Below, one piece after another: positions 18,553 to 28,203 of a stretch of DNA of 64,000 nucleotides. Under the pieces are notes generated by a model. The model did not search any database and was not told where the DNA came from. It saw only the letters and a list, made by a program, of their open reading frames with translations. This DNA is from an uncultured Bacteroidales bacterium (GTDB lineage: Bacteria; Bacteroidota; Bacteroidia; Bacteroidales; UBA7960): the NCBI GenBank assembly GCA_964348755.1, contig CAYGDW010000003.1, positions 2,313 through 66,312 on the forward strand. The letters are read 5' to 3'. Made by a program: the position numbers and the translations under genes. The first letter of the stretch is position 1. Every line of letters starts with the position of its first letter.

Positions 18553-19983
18553 CTAATTTAGCGGAATTTCAAAACTGAAAAATGCGCCCGTTTCGGTTTT
18601 ACTTGCCGGCAACATTTTGCCGTTCAGAAACTGAATGCGCGTAACAAGGTTTTTCAGACCGTGGCTTTGGGTGCTGTTGGTAATGGCCTTTTCAAAATCA
18701 AAGCCTTTCCCATCGTCGAGGTAGTTCAACTCAAGCTTCTGTTTCCCACACTTCAGGTCAATGTAAATGTTTTCTGCACCTGCATGCTTTAGGGTATTAT
18801 TAATCAGTTCGGTGCAAATGCGGTAAATGTTAATTTCAATATTTTTCTCTAATCTTTGAATTTTGCGATCGCCCCCCAGGTGAATGACCACAGCCCCCGA
18901 TCGCATTACCGATTGCGAAAAAACTTCAAGGGCGGGCAGCAGCCCGTAATCGTTTAGCACGCTTGGCATTAGGTTATTGGCAATGCGCTTTGCAGCCGCT
19001 ACAGCCTCGCCAATATTTGTTTTTATTTCAGAAAACAGTAATTCGCGCTCACTTGTGCTTTTTTCTTCCTTTTGAAGGAGGTTTATGTAAATTTTAAGTG
19101 AAGAAAGAATGGCGCCCAGCCCGTCGTGTACATCCATAGCAAACCGCTTGCGTTCCCTTTCTTCGGTTTCAATTATTGCATTTCTTACTTCTTTCTCGAG
19201 GTCTTTCAGGCGGGTTATGTCGCTAATAGCCAATACATTAATTTGCTGGCTGCGATATATGAACCGTTGGTGTTTTAGCAGCCCGGAAAAATGAGTTTCG
19301 TCTTGCCTAACAAACTCCATTTCGCATGGGCGGCTATCGCTGCTTTGAAAAATCTTTTTCAGGGCTTTAATACCTTCGGGGGGCACCAGCTTGGATGCAG
19401 GCAGGCCAATAATCTGGGCGGGCTCGTGCATAAATACATGCCGGGTGGCATCATTTACTTCTATAATCACTTCATTTTTTACAAATAAAATGGCTTCGAA
19501 AGCGGCTTGCGAAAGGGCTTTGAATTTTTCTTCGGTTTGGCGGCGCTGGTCAATTTCCTGCTTTAGCATTGTGTTTTGCCCAGAAATAATGTCGCTCGAG
19601 CGTTTCAGCTCAAGGTGTGTTTTAACCCTAACGGTTAGCTCCTGTTTGTTGAAAGGTTTGGTAATATAATCAACGGCACCTGCCTCAAAACCCTTTACCA
19701 TTTCGTGAATGTCGCGCAAGGCTGTAATAAACATTATTGGAATGTGCCTTGTGCGAAGATCGTTTTTCAGGGTTTTGCAAACCTCAATCCCATCCATTTC
19801 GGGCATCATAATGTCGAGCAGGATTAAATCGGGCTGGTCAGAAAACACCTTGTCAAGGGCATCTTTTCCCGAAGATGCAACCAAAATATTGTAGGATTGG
19901 TTTTTCAGTATCTGTTTCAGCAACAACAAATTCTGAAAATCGTCATCCACTGCCAGCACTTTATAAGGGTTGCCCGGAATCAT
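18553..19983 (-). CDS. Hybrid sensor: N-terminal receiver, PAS-like region, then HisKA_3-type histidine kinase
   Basis: REC 'VLAVDDDFQNLLLL...DLILLDIMMPEMDG', phospho-His region 'FAMDVHDGLGAILSSL', and HATPase 'NYLDDGKGFD'. Confidence 0.85.
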   Translation of the reverse strand: MIPGNPYKVLAVDDDFQNLLLLKQILKNQSYNILVASSGKDALDKVFSDQPDLILLDIMMPEMDGIEVCKTLKNDLRTRHIPIMFITALRDIHEMVKGFEAGAVDYITKPFNKQELTVRVKTHLELKRSSDIISGQNTMLKQEIDQRRQTEEKFKALSQAAFEAILFVKNEVIIEVNDATRHVFMHEPAQIIGLPASKLVPPEGIKALKKIFQSSDSRPCEMEFVRQDETHFSGLLKHQRFIYRSQQINVLAISDITRLKDLEKEVRNAIIETEERERKRFAMDVHDGLGAILSSLKIYINLLQKEEKSTSERELLFSEIKTNIGEAVAAAKRIANNLMPSVLNDYGLLPALEVFSQSVMRSGAVVIHLGGDRKIQRLEKNIEINIYRICTELINNTLKHAGAENIYIDLKCGKQKLELNYLDDGKGFDFEKAITNSTQSHGLKNLVTRIQFLNGKMLPASKTETGAFFSFEIPLN

Positions 19984-20146
19984 GCTCAGTTGTATTGTAA
20001 ATTTGACCGAACTAAATACGTTGGTATAAAATTAAATAAAATAAACTAATCGTGGTTTTTTTTCGGCCAAATAAAAAATTGTCTTAACTTTATCCAAGTT
20101 ATTCTTTATATTTTGTTTGTATAAATCGTAAATGGCCTGGTAAACA

Positions 20147-20944
20147 ATGAGAGTTTTTTTTAAAGATGCCCAGATTTCCTACAAGGAAAAGGGTGCAGGG
20201 AATGCGGTGGTTTTGTTGCATGGATTTACGGAGTCGGCCGCTATTTGGGATTTTTTCGCAGAGAACCTGGCTGATTCTTTCAGGGTTATTACCATTGATT
20301 TGCCGGGTCATGGTCATAGCGAATGCATAGGCGAAGTGCACCCTATGGGGCAAATGGGCGAGGTAGTAAAAACAGTCTTAGACCATTTGAATATTAGCGA
20401 GGCAGTAGTAATTGGTCATTCAATGGGCGGTTATGTTGCCCTTGCCATGGCAAGGGTTTACCCTAAGCTATTTCGGGGCCTGGGTTTGTTTCACAGCACT
20501 TCGCTTGCCGACAGCGAGGAGTCGCGCGAGGCCCGCGAAATGGCTATCAAGGCCATTATAGAAGACCATCAAGGCTTCCTTTTCGGTTTTATTCCGGAGT
20601 TGTTTGCGCCCGAAGCCCGCGAAGTGCTTGCAACAGAAATAGAGGAGCTAATAGCTGGGGCAAATAAAATGAGCAAAAAAGCGGTGATTGCCGCCCAGGA
20701 AGGCATGAAGACCCGCAGCAGCTCGCTCGATGTACTAATTAATGCAAAATTTCCGGTAATGTTTATTGCTGGTCAGAAAGACTCAAGAGTGCCCTTCGAA
20801 AATATTTGGGTGCAAATGGCCCTTACCGAGGAGGCGCACTCACTAATCCTACGCAATGTGGGGCACATGGGTTTTCTGGAAGCCAAACAACATACTTTCG
20901 ACTTTACAAAAGCATTTGTCAACTCGTGCTTCAAGCCACGGTAG
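20147..20944 (+). CDS. Alpha/beta-fold hydrolase
   Basis: 'VVLLHGFTES' and the 'GHSMGG' nucleophile elbow. Confidence 0.8.
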   Translation: MRVFFKDAQISYKEKGAGNAVVLLHGFTESAAIWDFFAENLADSFRVITIDLPGHGHSECIGEVHPMGQMGEVVKTVLDHLNISEAVVIGHSMGGYVALAMARVYPKLFRGLGLFHSTSLADSEESREAREMAIKAIIEDHQGFLFGFIPELFAPEAREVLATEIEELIAGANKMSKKAVIAAQEGMKTRSSSLDVLINAKFPVMFIAGQKDSRVPFENIWVQMALTEEAHSLILRNVGHMGFLEAKQHTFDFTKAFVNSCFKPR

Positions 20945-20950
20945 GCCCAT

Positions 20951-21003
20951 GACTCCTAAAACAAGGAGGCCGGCAAAATGCCGGCCTCCTTGTTTTAGGA
21001 GTC
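20951..21003. terminator. Perfect 24-bp inverted repeat, a probable bidirectional terminator
   Basis: GACTCCTAAAACAAGGAGGCCGGC (20951-20974), a 5-nt loop AAAAT, then the exact reverse complement (20980-21003). It lies between convergent stop codons. Confidence 0.7.
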
Positions 21004-21008
21004 AGCTT

Positions 21009-22403
21009 TTATTTTTCAAATACAAGGTATTCCCAGGGTTTCATACTGATTTTTGCATTGGCCTCGAAGGTAGTTACCTTTCCGCTAAACAGTTCTGTGT
21101 AAGTACCGGCATAACGACTGCCGTTAAGGGTAATTTCGAGGGGCTTGTCAGTTAAGTTCAGAACAACAAAAACCTGGTCGCTCCCCTTTTCCCTTACAAA
21201 AGCAAAAGCCGATTTATCATGGCCGGTGTTTACCCTTTCGATGGGGCCTCCGGCTGAACCATTCCAAAGCGCCTGGTTGCGGCTCTTCAAATAAAGCAGC
21301 GCCTGATAAAAGCCGTGGTATTTATAGCCATCCCAGTCAATCTGGTCCTTTTCAAAAAATTCGAGCCTTCGATTAAAGCCGGCCTCCTGGCCGTTGTAGA
21401 GCAAAATCATGCCCGGCACGGTGGCCGTTAAAACGGCAAAAGCCTCTTTTGCTGCTCCAAGCCTTTCAAATTCGGTGCCTGCCCACGAGTTTTCATCATG
21501 GTTGGTAATAAAGTTCATTTTGTACGAGCCCGCAGGGAAATTGCCCATGTTGTCGGTAAAAATATACTGGTCTAAATCCGAAACGTTGGCTTTGCCCTGG
21601 GCAATATTGTTCATGAGGTGGTGTAACTTCCAGCCGTATGCCATTTCAAAATTATTTTCGTGCAAAAGGGGCTCTTCGGCTTCGGCCAGCATAAACAGGG
21701 GTTTATTTTTTTCAAGGTCAACAATTGCTTTATCCCAAAATTCAATCGGAACCTTATAGGCCACATCGCAACGAAAGCCATCCACGCCAATTTCTTCGAC
21801 CCAAAAACGCATTTCGGCAATCATTGCATCCCATAATTGTTTGTTGTCGTAGTTGAGGTCTATTACATCCGACCAGTCTTCTACGGGTGGAACAAAGTCG
21901 CCGCTTTCGTTGCGGGTATAAAATTCAGGGTTAGAAATTGTCCAAGGATGATCCCAGGCAGTGTGGTTGGCTACCCAGTCTAAAATCACGTACATGTCGC
22001 GGGCATGAATTTCTTCAACAAGTTTTTTGAAGTCTTCAATGGTGCCAAACTCGGGGTTAAAGGCAGTAAAATCTTTAATTGAATAATAACTACCCAGGCT
22101 TCCTTTTCGGTTCAGTTCGCCAATGGGTTGTATGGGCATAAACCATAGAATTTTTACACCCAGATCCTGAAGCCGGTCGAGGTGCGCGGCAAAGGCATTG
22201 AAAGTGCCTTCGGGTGTAAACTGCCTGATGTTTACTTCGTAAATGGCTGCGTTTTTGCTCCATTCGGGGTGGCTTACCGTGCTCGTAAGCTGTGCGCCAT
22301 TGCCTTCGTTTTTGGAGGGCTTACACGATGCAAAGCCAGCCACAAATACTGCTACGGCAATAATAGCCCATAATCCTGAATTCATGCCGATGTTTCTTTT
22401 CAT
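21009..22403 (-). CDS. Alpha-amylase family (GH13) lipoprotein
   Basis: Lipobox 'GFASC' and the GH13 conserved regions 'DWVANHTA', 'GVDGFRCDVA', 'MLAEAEE' and 'FITNHDE'. An alternative start is M7 at 22385. Confidence 0.85.
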   Translation of the reverse strand: MKRNIGMNSGLWAIIAVAVFVAGFASCKPSKNEGNGAQLTSTVSHPEWSKNAAIYEVNIRQFTPEGTFNAFAAHLDRLQDLGVKILWFMPIQPIGELNRKGSLGSYYSIKDFTAFNPEFGTIEDFKKLVEEIHARDMYVILDWVANHTAWDHPWTISNPEFYTRNESGDFVPPVEDWSDVIDLNYDNKQLWDAMIAEMRFWVEEIGVDGFRCDVAYKVPIEFWDKAIVDLEKNKPLFMLAEAEEPLLHENNFEMAYGWKLHHLMNNIAQGKANVSDLDQYIFTDNMGNFPAGSYKMNFITNHDENSWAGTEFERLGAAKEAFAVLTATVPGMILLYNGQEAGFNRRLEFFEKDQIDWDGYKYHGFYQALLYLKSRNQALWNGSAGGPIERVNTGHDKSAFAFVREKGSDQVFVVLNLTDKPLEITLNGSRYAGTYTELFSGKVTTFEANAKISMKPWEYLVFEK

Positions 22404-22435
22404 TGTTTTTTGATTGATAAATAATTGATAAATTT

Positions 22436-22951
22436 CTATTCCAATTCAATTCCTCTGTTGAGATAGTCGCCCACATCCATTGGGCGTGGAGTGTATTGTT
22501 TGCTAAAGAAGGTTGATGAGATAAGAAAATCGGCGGTTGACCTGTTGCAGGCCGTAGGTATGTTATAAAGCACCGTAATTCGCAAAAGGGCTTTAACATC
22601 CACATCGTGTGCCTGGGGTTGCATGGGGTCCCAGAAAAAAATCATAAGGTCAATACCGCCTTCGGCTATCAGTGCGCCAAGCTGCTGATCTCCGCCCAAA
22701 GGCCCCGACTTAAGCTTAGTAACGCTGAGGTTTTTTGGGAGTTCTCCGGTTTCGGGGTCCGACATTGCCTGCTCAACAAACTTACCGGTAGTGCCTGTGC
22801 AAAACAATTGGTGGGTTGCAAGGGCCTTACGGTTCCATTTTACCCATTCGAGCAGGTCTTTTTTGCGGTTGTCGTGGGCCACCAGGGCAATGCGCTTACG
22901 CTGATTTTTCAGGTGCAGGCCAGGTTTCTCGCTGGCAGTATTCTTTTCCAT
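22436..22951 (-). CDS. mgsA: Methylglyoxal synthase
   Basis: 'IALVAHDNRKKDLLEW', 'TGTTG', 'GPLGGDQQLGALIAEGGIDLMIFFWDP' and 'HDVDVKALLR' closely parallel E. coli MgsA. Confidence 0.85.
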   Translation of the reverse strand: MEKNTASEKPGLHLKNQRKRIALVAHDNRKKDLLEWVKWNRKALATHQLFCTGTTGKFVEQAMSDPETGELPKNLSVTKLKSGPLGGDQQLGALIAEGGIDLMIFFWDPMQPQAHDVDVKALLRITVLYNIPTACNRSTADFLISSTFFSKQYTPRPMDVGDYLNRGIELE

Positions 22952-22953
22952 GG

Positions 22954-25338
22954 TTATTGGGTTGTGAGAATTTCGAAACTGTTAGGGCCAAGGTCAATGG
23001 TCAGGGTGTTTGCATTTAGGCTAAAGCCTGCGCCAAAATTTGCTTTTAAGGCAGGCATTGTCAGTCGTGGAGCAAGGTTTAGGGTTATGGTTTTTGGTTC
23101 GCGACTTTTGTTAAAAACCACAATTGCGTTTTGTCCGAAATAAGTTCGGGCGTAAGCAAAGGCGTGGTCGTCGGCCAGCAGGGTGGTAAAGTCGCCAAAA
23201 ATAAATGCAAGGTTGTTGCTTCTAAGCTTGGTTAGGGCGGTAGTTTTTTCTTTCAGTGATTTTTCGTGCTCGCTAAGGTTTTCGAACTTCATGGGCCGCC
23301 GGCTATCGGGGTCGCCCCCACCGGGCATTCCAATTTCATCGCCATAATATATTACCGGAATACCTGGAATTGTCATAATAAACGCGGTTAGCGATGCCAG
23401 TTTCTGGTAACCTACCGGGTCTCCGACAACCACTTCGCGCGCCCATCCGGCCTCAATATGATTTTCGGCAAAGCTGAGCCCACCGCCGGCAAGCGAAATA
23501 AACCGTGCCATATCGTGGTTGCCTGTAATATTGCCCATCATATTTATAAACCCATACTGGTTGAAGGTTTGATGAATGGAAAAGTTCAGCATGCTGAATG
23601 GCACCTGATCTATTGCAAAAGCCGAGCGTGCATCGAAATACAGATTAAAGTCGAATTGCCCATCGAGCAATCCGCTGCCCAAGTAGCTGCCAATAAGTTC
23701 GCGGTTTCCGAAGGTTTCGCCAATCTGAAAAAGGCGTTTGCCTTCGGGCACCATATATTCTTCCTTTAGCTTTTGGATGAGGGCGCGCCAGAACTCCTGC
23801 GGAATGTGCTTGGTGGCATCGTGCCTGAAACCATCAAGGCCATACTCCCTGATCCAGAAAAAGGCACTGTCAACCATGGTGCTGATAACCTCTGGATTGG
23901 AGAAGTCGAGGCTTGGCAAAAAAACGTCGAACCAGGTAGTAAGGCGGTGGTCCTCCCAAATTCTTATGTTTTTACGGCCGTCGGGAAGGTTTAGGGTGGT
24001 GGCCCAGTGTGGATTTTTTACTATCAGCGGGTTTTTTTTGTGCACGTGGTTCGACACAAAGTCGAGCATAACGCTGATGTTGTTTTGGTGGGCTGTTTCA
24101 ACCAGCCTGCGCATGGCCTGCTCATTGCCAAACCTATGATCGACCGTGGTAAGTGTAGTGGGCCAATACCCGTGGTAGCCGGTATATTTGCGGTGAGGCG
24201 AAGGAAACTCGCGGTAAGCCTCCAGCGGATTTTGCGATACTGGCGATAGCCAAATGGTGTTTATTCCAAGGTTAGCAAAATATCCATCTTCAATTTTTTG
24301 GGTAATACCATCGAGGTCGCCTCCGAAAAAGTTGGCCCTGGGCGCCACTTCGGGGTCAATAATCGGGTCATCGTTTCCGGGATTCCCGTTTTTAAAGCGA
24401 TCGACCATCATGAAGTATAAAATGGTTTGTTCCTTGTCCTGGCGGGTAAGCAGTGCTGCATCGGTTACGGGGTGCCCGTTTTGTAGCGGAATAAGCAAAT
24501 CATTGGCTGGTCCGTATTGGTTGTATGCCCTAATGCGCAAATAGCTCCGCTGCTTTTTAATGGCATCGCCGGGTATAAGCACCTGCAGGTGGTTTCCGTG
24601 CCTAAATATATTTTTGTCGGGAAGGCGAAAGTTATCCCAGAAGGCTAATATTTGGTCGGCCTGGTTGTTGAAGCCAAGGTTTATATTGAATTTTGAGTGA
24701 GACAACGTATAGAGGTGGGGCGTAAGTTTTCGGTCGAAACCCGGCACGCTTAGCACCGAATTAAAACCACCCGCGTTGTTATCGATGGTAATCGGGTTGT
24801 TGGGGTCGGTAATGCTGCGGCCGTTAACCACCAGTTGGTAGTGGTACGAGCCTGGGTTGAGGTGAAGCAATGCCTGCCATTTGCCATCGATAAGGCTAAG
24901 TGGCATCTCTGCCCAGTTGGTCATATCGCCCCGAAGGCCTACTGTATTGAAACGCTGCCCATTGGGGTCAAAAACAAACTGATGACGCTGCTTTTGGCTG
25001 CGTTCTACAAAAAAGCTGTAGCTATCCGCTCCAATCCACACCAGCATTTCTGAAATAAACGGAACGGCCTGCGATTGTTTTATAAGGACAACCGAAGCTT
25101 TATCGGCCGCCAGTAAAAACTGCAGCTCAGGCACGCCGCTAACCGAATCTATTTTATCAATGGAGTCTTTTAGAAAATAATCAGTAAGAAACACCAGGGT
25201 CGAATCGCCATCGAGCCTAATGGGCGATGCCAGTCCAAAAATATGGCTGCCCTCATGAAATATACTGGGAGGCCTGGTATTGCAACTCAGCAGCAAACCA
25301 CCCACCACTAACATTAACCACCATTGCTTTTTAATCAT
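22954..25338 (-). CDS. Large GH13 alpha-amylase-family enzyme with N-terminal Ig/CBM-like domains
   Basis: Signal/lipobox 'LLLSC', then 'DRFKNGNPGND', 'GGDLDGI', 'GINTIWLSPV', 'DFVSNHV', 'GLDGFRHDATKH', 'QIGETF' and 'GNHDMARF'. Confidence 0.85.
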   Translation of the reverse strand: MIKKQWWLMLVVGGLLLSCNTRPPSIFHEGSHIFGLASPIRLDGDSTLVFLTDYFLKDSIDKIDSVSGVPELQFLLAADKASVVLIKQSQAVPFISEMLVWIGADSYSFFVERSQKQRHQFVFDPNGQRFNTVGLRGDMTNWAEMPLSLIDGKWQALLHLNPGSYHYQLVVNGRSITDPNNPITIDNNAGGFNSVLSVPGFDRKLTPHLYTLSHSKFNINLGFNNQADQILAFWDNFRLPDKNIFRHGNHLQVLIPGDAIKKQRSYLRIRAYNQYGPANDLLIPLQNGHPVTDAALLTRQDKEQTILYFMMVDRFKNGNPGNDDPIIDPEVAPRANFFGGDLDGITQKIEDGYFANLGINTIWLSPVSQNPLEAYREFPSPHRKYTGYHGYWPTTLTTVDHRFGNEQAMRRLVETAHQNNISVMLDFVSNHVHKKNPLIVKNPHWATTLNLPDGRKNIRIWEDHRLTTWFDVFLPSLDFSNPEVISTMVDSAFFWIREYGLDGFRHDATKHIPQEFWRALIQKLKEEYMVPEGKRLFQIGETFGNRELIGSYLGSGLLDGQFDFNLYFDARSAFAIDQVPFSMLNFSIHQTFNQYGFINMMGNITGNHDMARFISLAGGGLSFAENHIEAGWAREVVVGDPVGYQKLASLTAFIMTIPGIPVIYYGDEIGMPGGGDPDSRRPMKFENLSEHEKSLKEKTTALTKLRSNNLAFIFGDFTTLLADDHAFAYARTYFGQNAIVVFNKSREPKTITLNLAPRLTMPALKANFGAGFSLNANTLTIDLGPNSFEILTTQ

Positions 25339-25359
25339 ACCTGCGGCTTCTTTTTTGTT

Positions 25360-26634
25360 TTATTTTGCCTGTACCAAATAATAGGTCTTTTTGCCGCGCT
25401 GCACCAAAATATGGCGACCATTAATCAGGTGGCGGTTGTCAACAACCAATTCCTCGCTGGCTTTTTCCTTGTTTATTCCAATGCTTCCTTCTTTGAGCAT
25501 TCGGCGTGCTTCGCCCTTGCTTTGGGCTACCGATGTTTTTTCGGCCAGAAAATCAATTATGCCAATACCATTTTCAATATCGCTCAGGGCCACTTCAAAC
25601 ATTGGCACTCCTTCAAACACCGAAAGCAGCACCTGCTCTGGTAACTTTTTAAGGGTTTGGGTGGTTCCCGTTCCAAAGAGGATGTCAGACGCCTCCACAG
25701 CCAGTGTAAATTCGTCATAGCCATGCACCCTGCTTGTAATGTCCCTGGCAAGGGCTTTCTGCAAAAGCCTCAGGTGAGGAGCCTTGCGGTGCTCCTCTAT
25801 CAGCGATTCGATTTCGTGCCGGCCAAAAAGGCTGAATATCTTAATGTAGCGCTCGGTGTCAACATCAGAGCAGTTGAGCCAAAACTGGTAAAAATGGTAA
25901 GGCGAGGTGTATTTGGCGTCGAGCCAGATGTTTCCATTTTCCGTTTTCCCAAACTTACCCCCATCGGCTTTGGTTATAAGGGGGCAGGTAAGGGCAAAAG
26001 CCTCGCCGCCGGTCTTGCGGCGAATTAGCTCGGTGCCGGTAGTAATGTTGCCCCACTGATCGGAGCCTCCCATTTGCAATTTACAGTTTTTGGTCTGGTA
26101 CAAATGCAAAAAATCATAACCCTGCACCAGTTGGTAAGTAAATTCGGTAAACGAAATTCCGGTTTCGAGGCGTTTTTTCACCGAGTCTTTGGCCATCATG
26201 TAGTTTACCGAAAGGTGCTTTCCCACTTCGCGCAAAAAGCCCAGAAATGTAAATTCCTTCATCCAGTCGTAGTTATTTACGATTTCTGCCCGGTTTTCGC
26301 CCTGTTCGAAATCGAGGAACTTAAGCAGTTGCCGCTTTATGGCTTCCACGTTGTGGCTCAATTCATCTTCAGAGAGCAGGCTGCGCTCCTCGCTTTTGCC
26401 GCTGGGGTCGCCAATCATGCCGGTGGCGCCGCCCACCAGCGCCAAGGGCCTATGGCCGGCCAACTGCAAATGCTTTAGCATCATAATGCTTACCAGGTGA
26501 CCAATGTGCAGCGAGTCGGCCGTGGGGTCAATGCCCACATAGGCGGTGGACATTTCCTTAAGCAGTTGCTCTTCGGTGCCGGGCATCATGTCATGTATCA
26601 TGCCACGCCATTTCAGTTCTTCAACAAAATTCAT
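25360..26634 (-). CDS. tyrS: Tyrosine--tRNA ligase
   Basis: Class I motifs 'HIGH' (in 'SLHIGHLV') and a KMSKS-equivalent 'KFGKT', plus a C-terminal S4-like domain. Confidence 0.95.
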   Translation of the reverse strand: MNFVEELKWRGMIHDMMPGTEEQLLKEMSTAYVGIDPTADSLHIGHLVSIMMLKHLQLAGHRPLALVGGATGMIGDPSGKSEERSLLSEDELSHNVEAIKRQLLKFLDFEQGENRAEIVNNYDWMKEFTFLGFLREVGKHLSVNYMMAKDSVKKRLETGISFTEFTYQLVQGYDFLHLYQTKNCKLQMGGSDQWGNITTGTELIRRKTGGEAFALTCPLITKADGGKFGKTENGNIWLDAKYTSPYHFYQFWLNCSDVDTERYIKIFSLFGRHEIESLIEEHRKAPHLRLLQKALARDITSRVHGYDEFTLAVEASDILFGTGTTQTLKKLPEQVLLSVFEGVPMFEVALSDIENGIGIIDFLAEKTSVAQSKGEARRMLKEGSIGINKEKASEELVVDNRHLINGRHILVQRGKKTYYLVQAK

Positions 26635-26844
26635 CTAAAAGCCTTTATTTATTTGAATTACAAACGCAAAATCCTTGTAGCAAAATCCAAAATTAAGCAT
26701 TTAAGCCGAATTTTTAAGGGCATTTCAAAGGCATAAAAGGGGGAAAATAATTGCAAACGATTGCATTTTTCTTTTATTTCGCAAACCTGCATTAATTCCT
26801 GGCATATTTAAAATGCATTTTGCAAAATGCCTCCTTTACTTTTA

Positions 26845-26945
26845 ATCCGTAATAATTTTTAAATTAAGGTCGGTCGGATGGAACTCCATGTTTGCTATTT
26901 TAGCTTCGCTAAACTTTGGTTCATCCTTGTTTGTATTTTACGAAT
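26845..26945 (+). repeat. Intergenic repeat element, copy B (see 5042-5179)
   Basis: ATCCGTAATAATTTTTAAATTAAGGTCGG (26845-26873), TTTAGCTTCGCTAAACTTTGGTTCA (26899-26923) and a TTGTTTGTATTTTACGAATC tail are all shared with copy A. Confidence 0.5.
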
Positions 26946-27081
26946 CATGCTGGTTTCAACCTTATCGAAAAGGCTTTCCTTTGCAGGAAAAATCAATTAA
27001 GATTTGTATTTACTCTCTGGGGCAGCAAACAATAATTGGGAAAGGCTGTTTTTCTTAAACAAAAAATAAAATTCTATCGAT

Positions 27082-28101
27082 ATGATACTTGTGACTGGTG
27101 GCACGGGTTTGGTTGGTTCGCATCTCCTTTTTGAGCTAATCTCCATTGGACAAAAAGTAAGGGCAATTTTGCGCGATAAGGGTCGGCTTGGGCTGGTTCA
27201 AAAACTTTTTTCCTGGTACGATCCTCAGTATGGACCAGGGTATTTTGAGCGCATTGAGTGGGTTGAGGGCGATGTAAACGATATTTTCAGCCTTAAAGAG
27301 GCTTTGGAGGGGATTAAAACAGTATATCATTGCGCAGCCGTGGTTTCGTTTGTTCCTGCCGACCGCCCCCTTATGATGAAAGTAAACGTAAACGGCACCG
27401 CCAACCTGATAAATGCCTGCCTTGCTTCGGGTGTTGAAAAGTTTTGCCACTGCAGCAGCGTGGCCTCACTGGGTCATCCGGAGGATGGCCAGCCAACGGT
27501 TGAGTCGCTAATGTGGAAAACCTCGCGTAAAAATTCGTGGTATGCAATAAGCAAATATAGTGCCGAGCGCGAAGTTTGGCGCGGATCGGAAGAAAGCCTG
27601 CCTGTGGTTATTGTAAACCCTTCAATAATTGTGGGACCTGGCGACATTTCGCGCTCAAGCGCCCAGCTTTACCAATCGGTAAAAAGCGGGCTGAAGTATT
27701 ATACCAAAGGCGTTACCGGATTTGTGGATGCCCGCGATGTAGCCACAGCCATGGTTAGGCTTACCCAAAGTGAAATTACAAACGAACGTTTTATCCTTAG
27801 CAGCGAAAATTTACAGTACCGGCAGGTTTTTGAATATTTTGCCGAATTTGCAGGGGTAAAGCCTCCTAAGTATTATGCCGGCCCACTGCTGAGCGGGCTT
27901 GCCTGGCGGCTTGAGAAGTTGCGAAGCCTGCTAACCGGCACAAAGCCCCTCATTACCCGCGAAACTGCACGAAACGCAAACAGCACCAGGCTCTTTTCGA
28001 ACGATAAAATTAGCAAAGCCATCGGCTTTTCGTTCAGGCCCGTGAAGGAAGCCGCCAGAAACACGGCCGGGTTTTATAAGAAGTTTCCGGAGTTGATGTA
28101 A
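27082..28101 (+). CDS. NAD-dependent epimerase/dehydratase family (extended SDR)
   Basis: Rossmann motif 'VTGGTGLVGSHL' and catalytic 'YAISKYSAE' (YxxxK). Confidence 0.8.
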   Translation: MILVTGGTGLVGSHLLFELISIGQKVRAILRDKGRLGLVQKLFSWYDPQYGPGYFERIEWVEGDVNDIFSLKEALEGIKTVYHCAAVVSFVPADRPLMMKVNVNGTANLINACLASGVEKFCHCSSVASLGHPEDGQPTVESLMWKTSRKNSWYAISKYSAEREVWRGSEESLPVVIVNPSIIVGPGDISRSSAQLYQSVKSGLKYYTKGVTGFVDARDVATAMVRLTQSEITNERFILSSENLQYRQVFEYFAEFAGVKPPKYYAGPLLSGLAWRLEKLRSLLTGTKPLITRETARNANSTRLFSNDKISKAIGFSFRPVKEAARNTAGFYKKFPELM

Positions 28102-28176
28102 GGTGCCAATGCCGTTAAGCCGCTGTTTTGCGGCTCTCCACTGAGCGGAAAATGTTATGCCGAGCAAAACCCCCTG

Positions 28177-28203
28177 CAGAGCGGAAATTGCATTTCCGCT
28201 CTG
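28177..28203. terminator. Perfect 12-bp stem / 3-nt loop hairpin in a convergent intergenic region
   Basis: CAGAGCGGAAAT-TGC-ATTTCCGCTCTG. No strong T-tract follows, so terminator function is uncertain. Confidence 0.4.

Noticed and set aside
26800-26817. Sigma-54-like TGGCAT-N-TGCA sequence (considered because a sigma-54 activator is encoded in the window)
   Set aside because: The GG-to-GC spacing is 12 nt rather than the required 10, so it does not fit the -24/-12 consensus.
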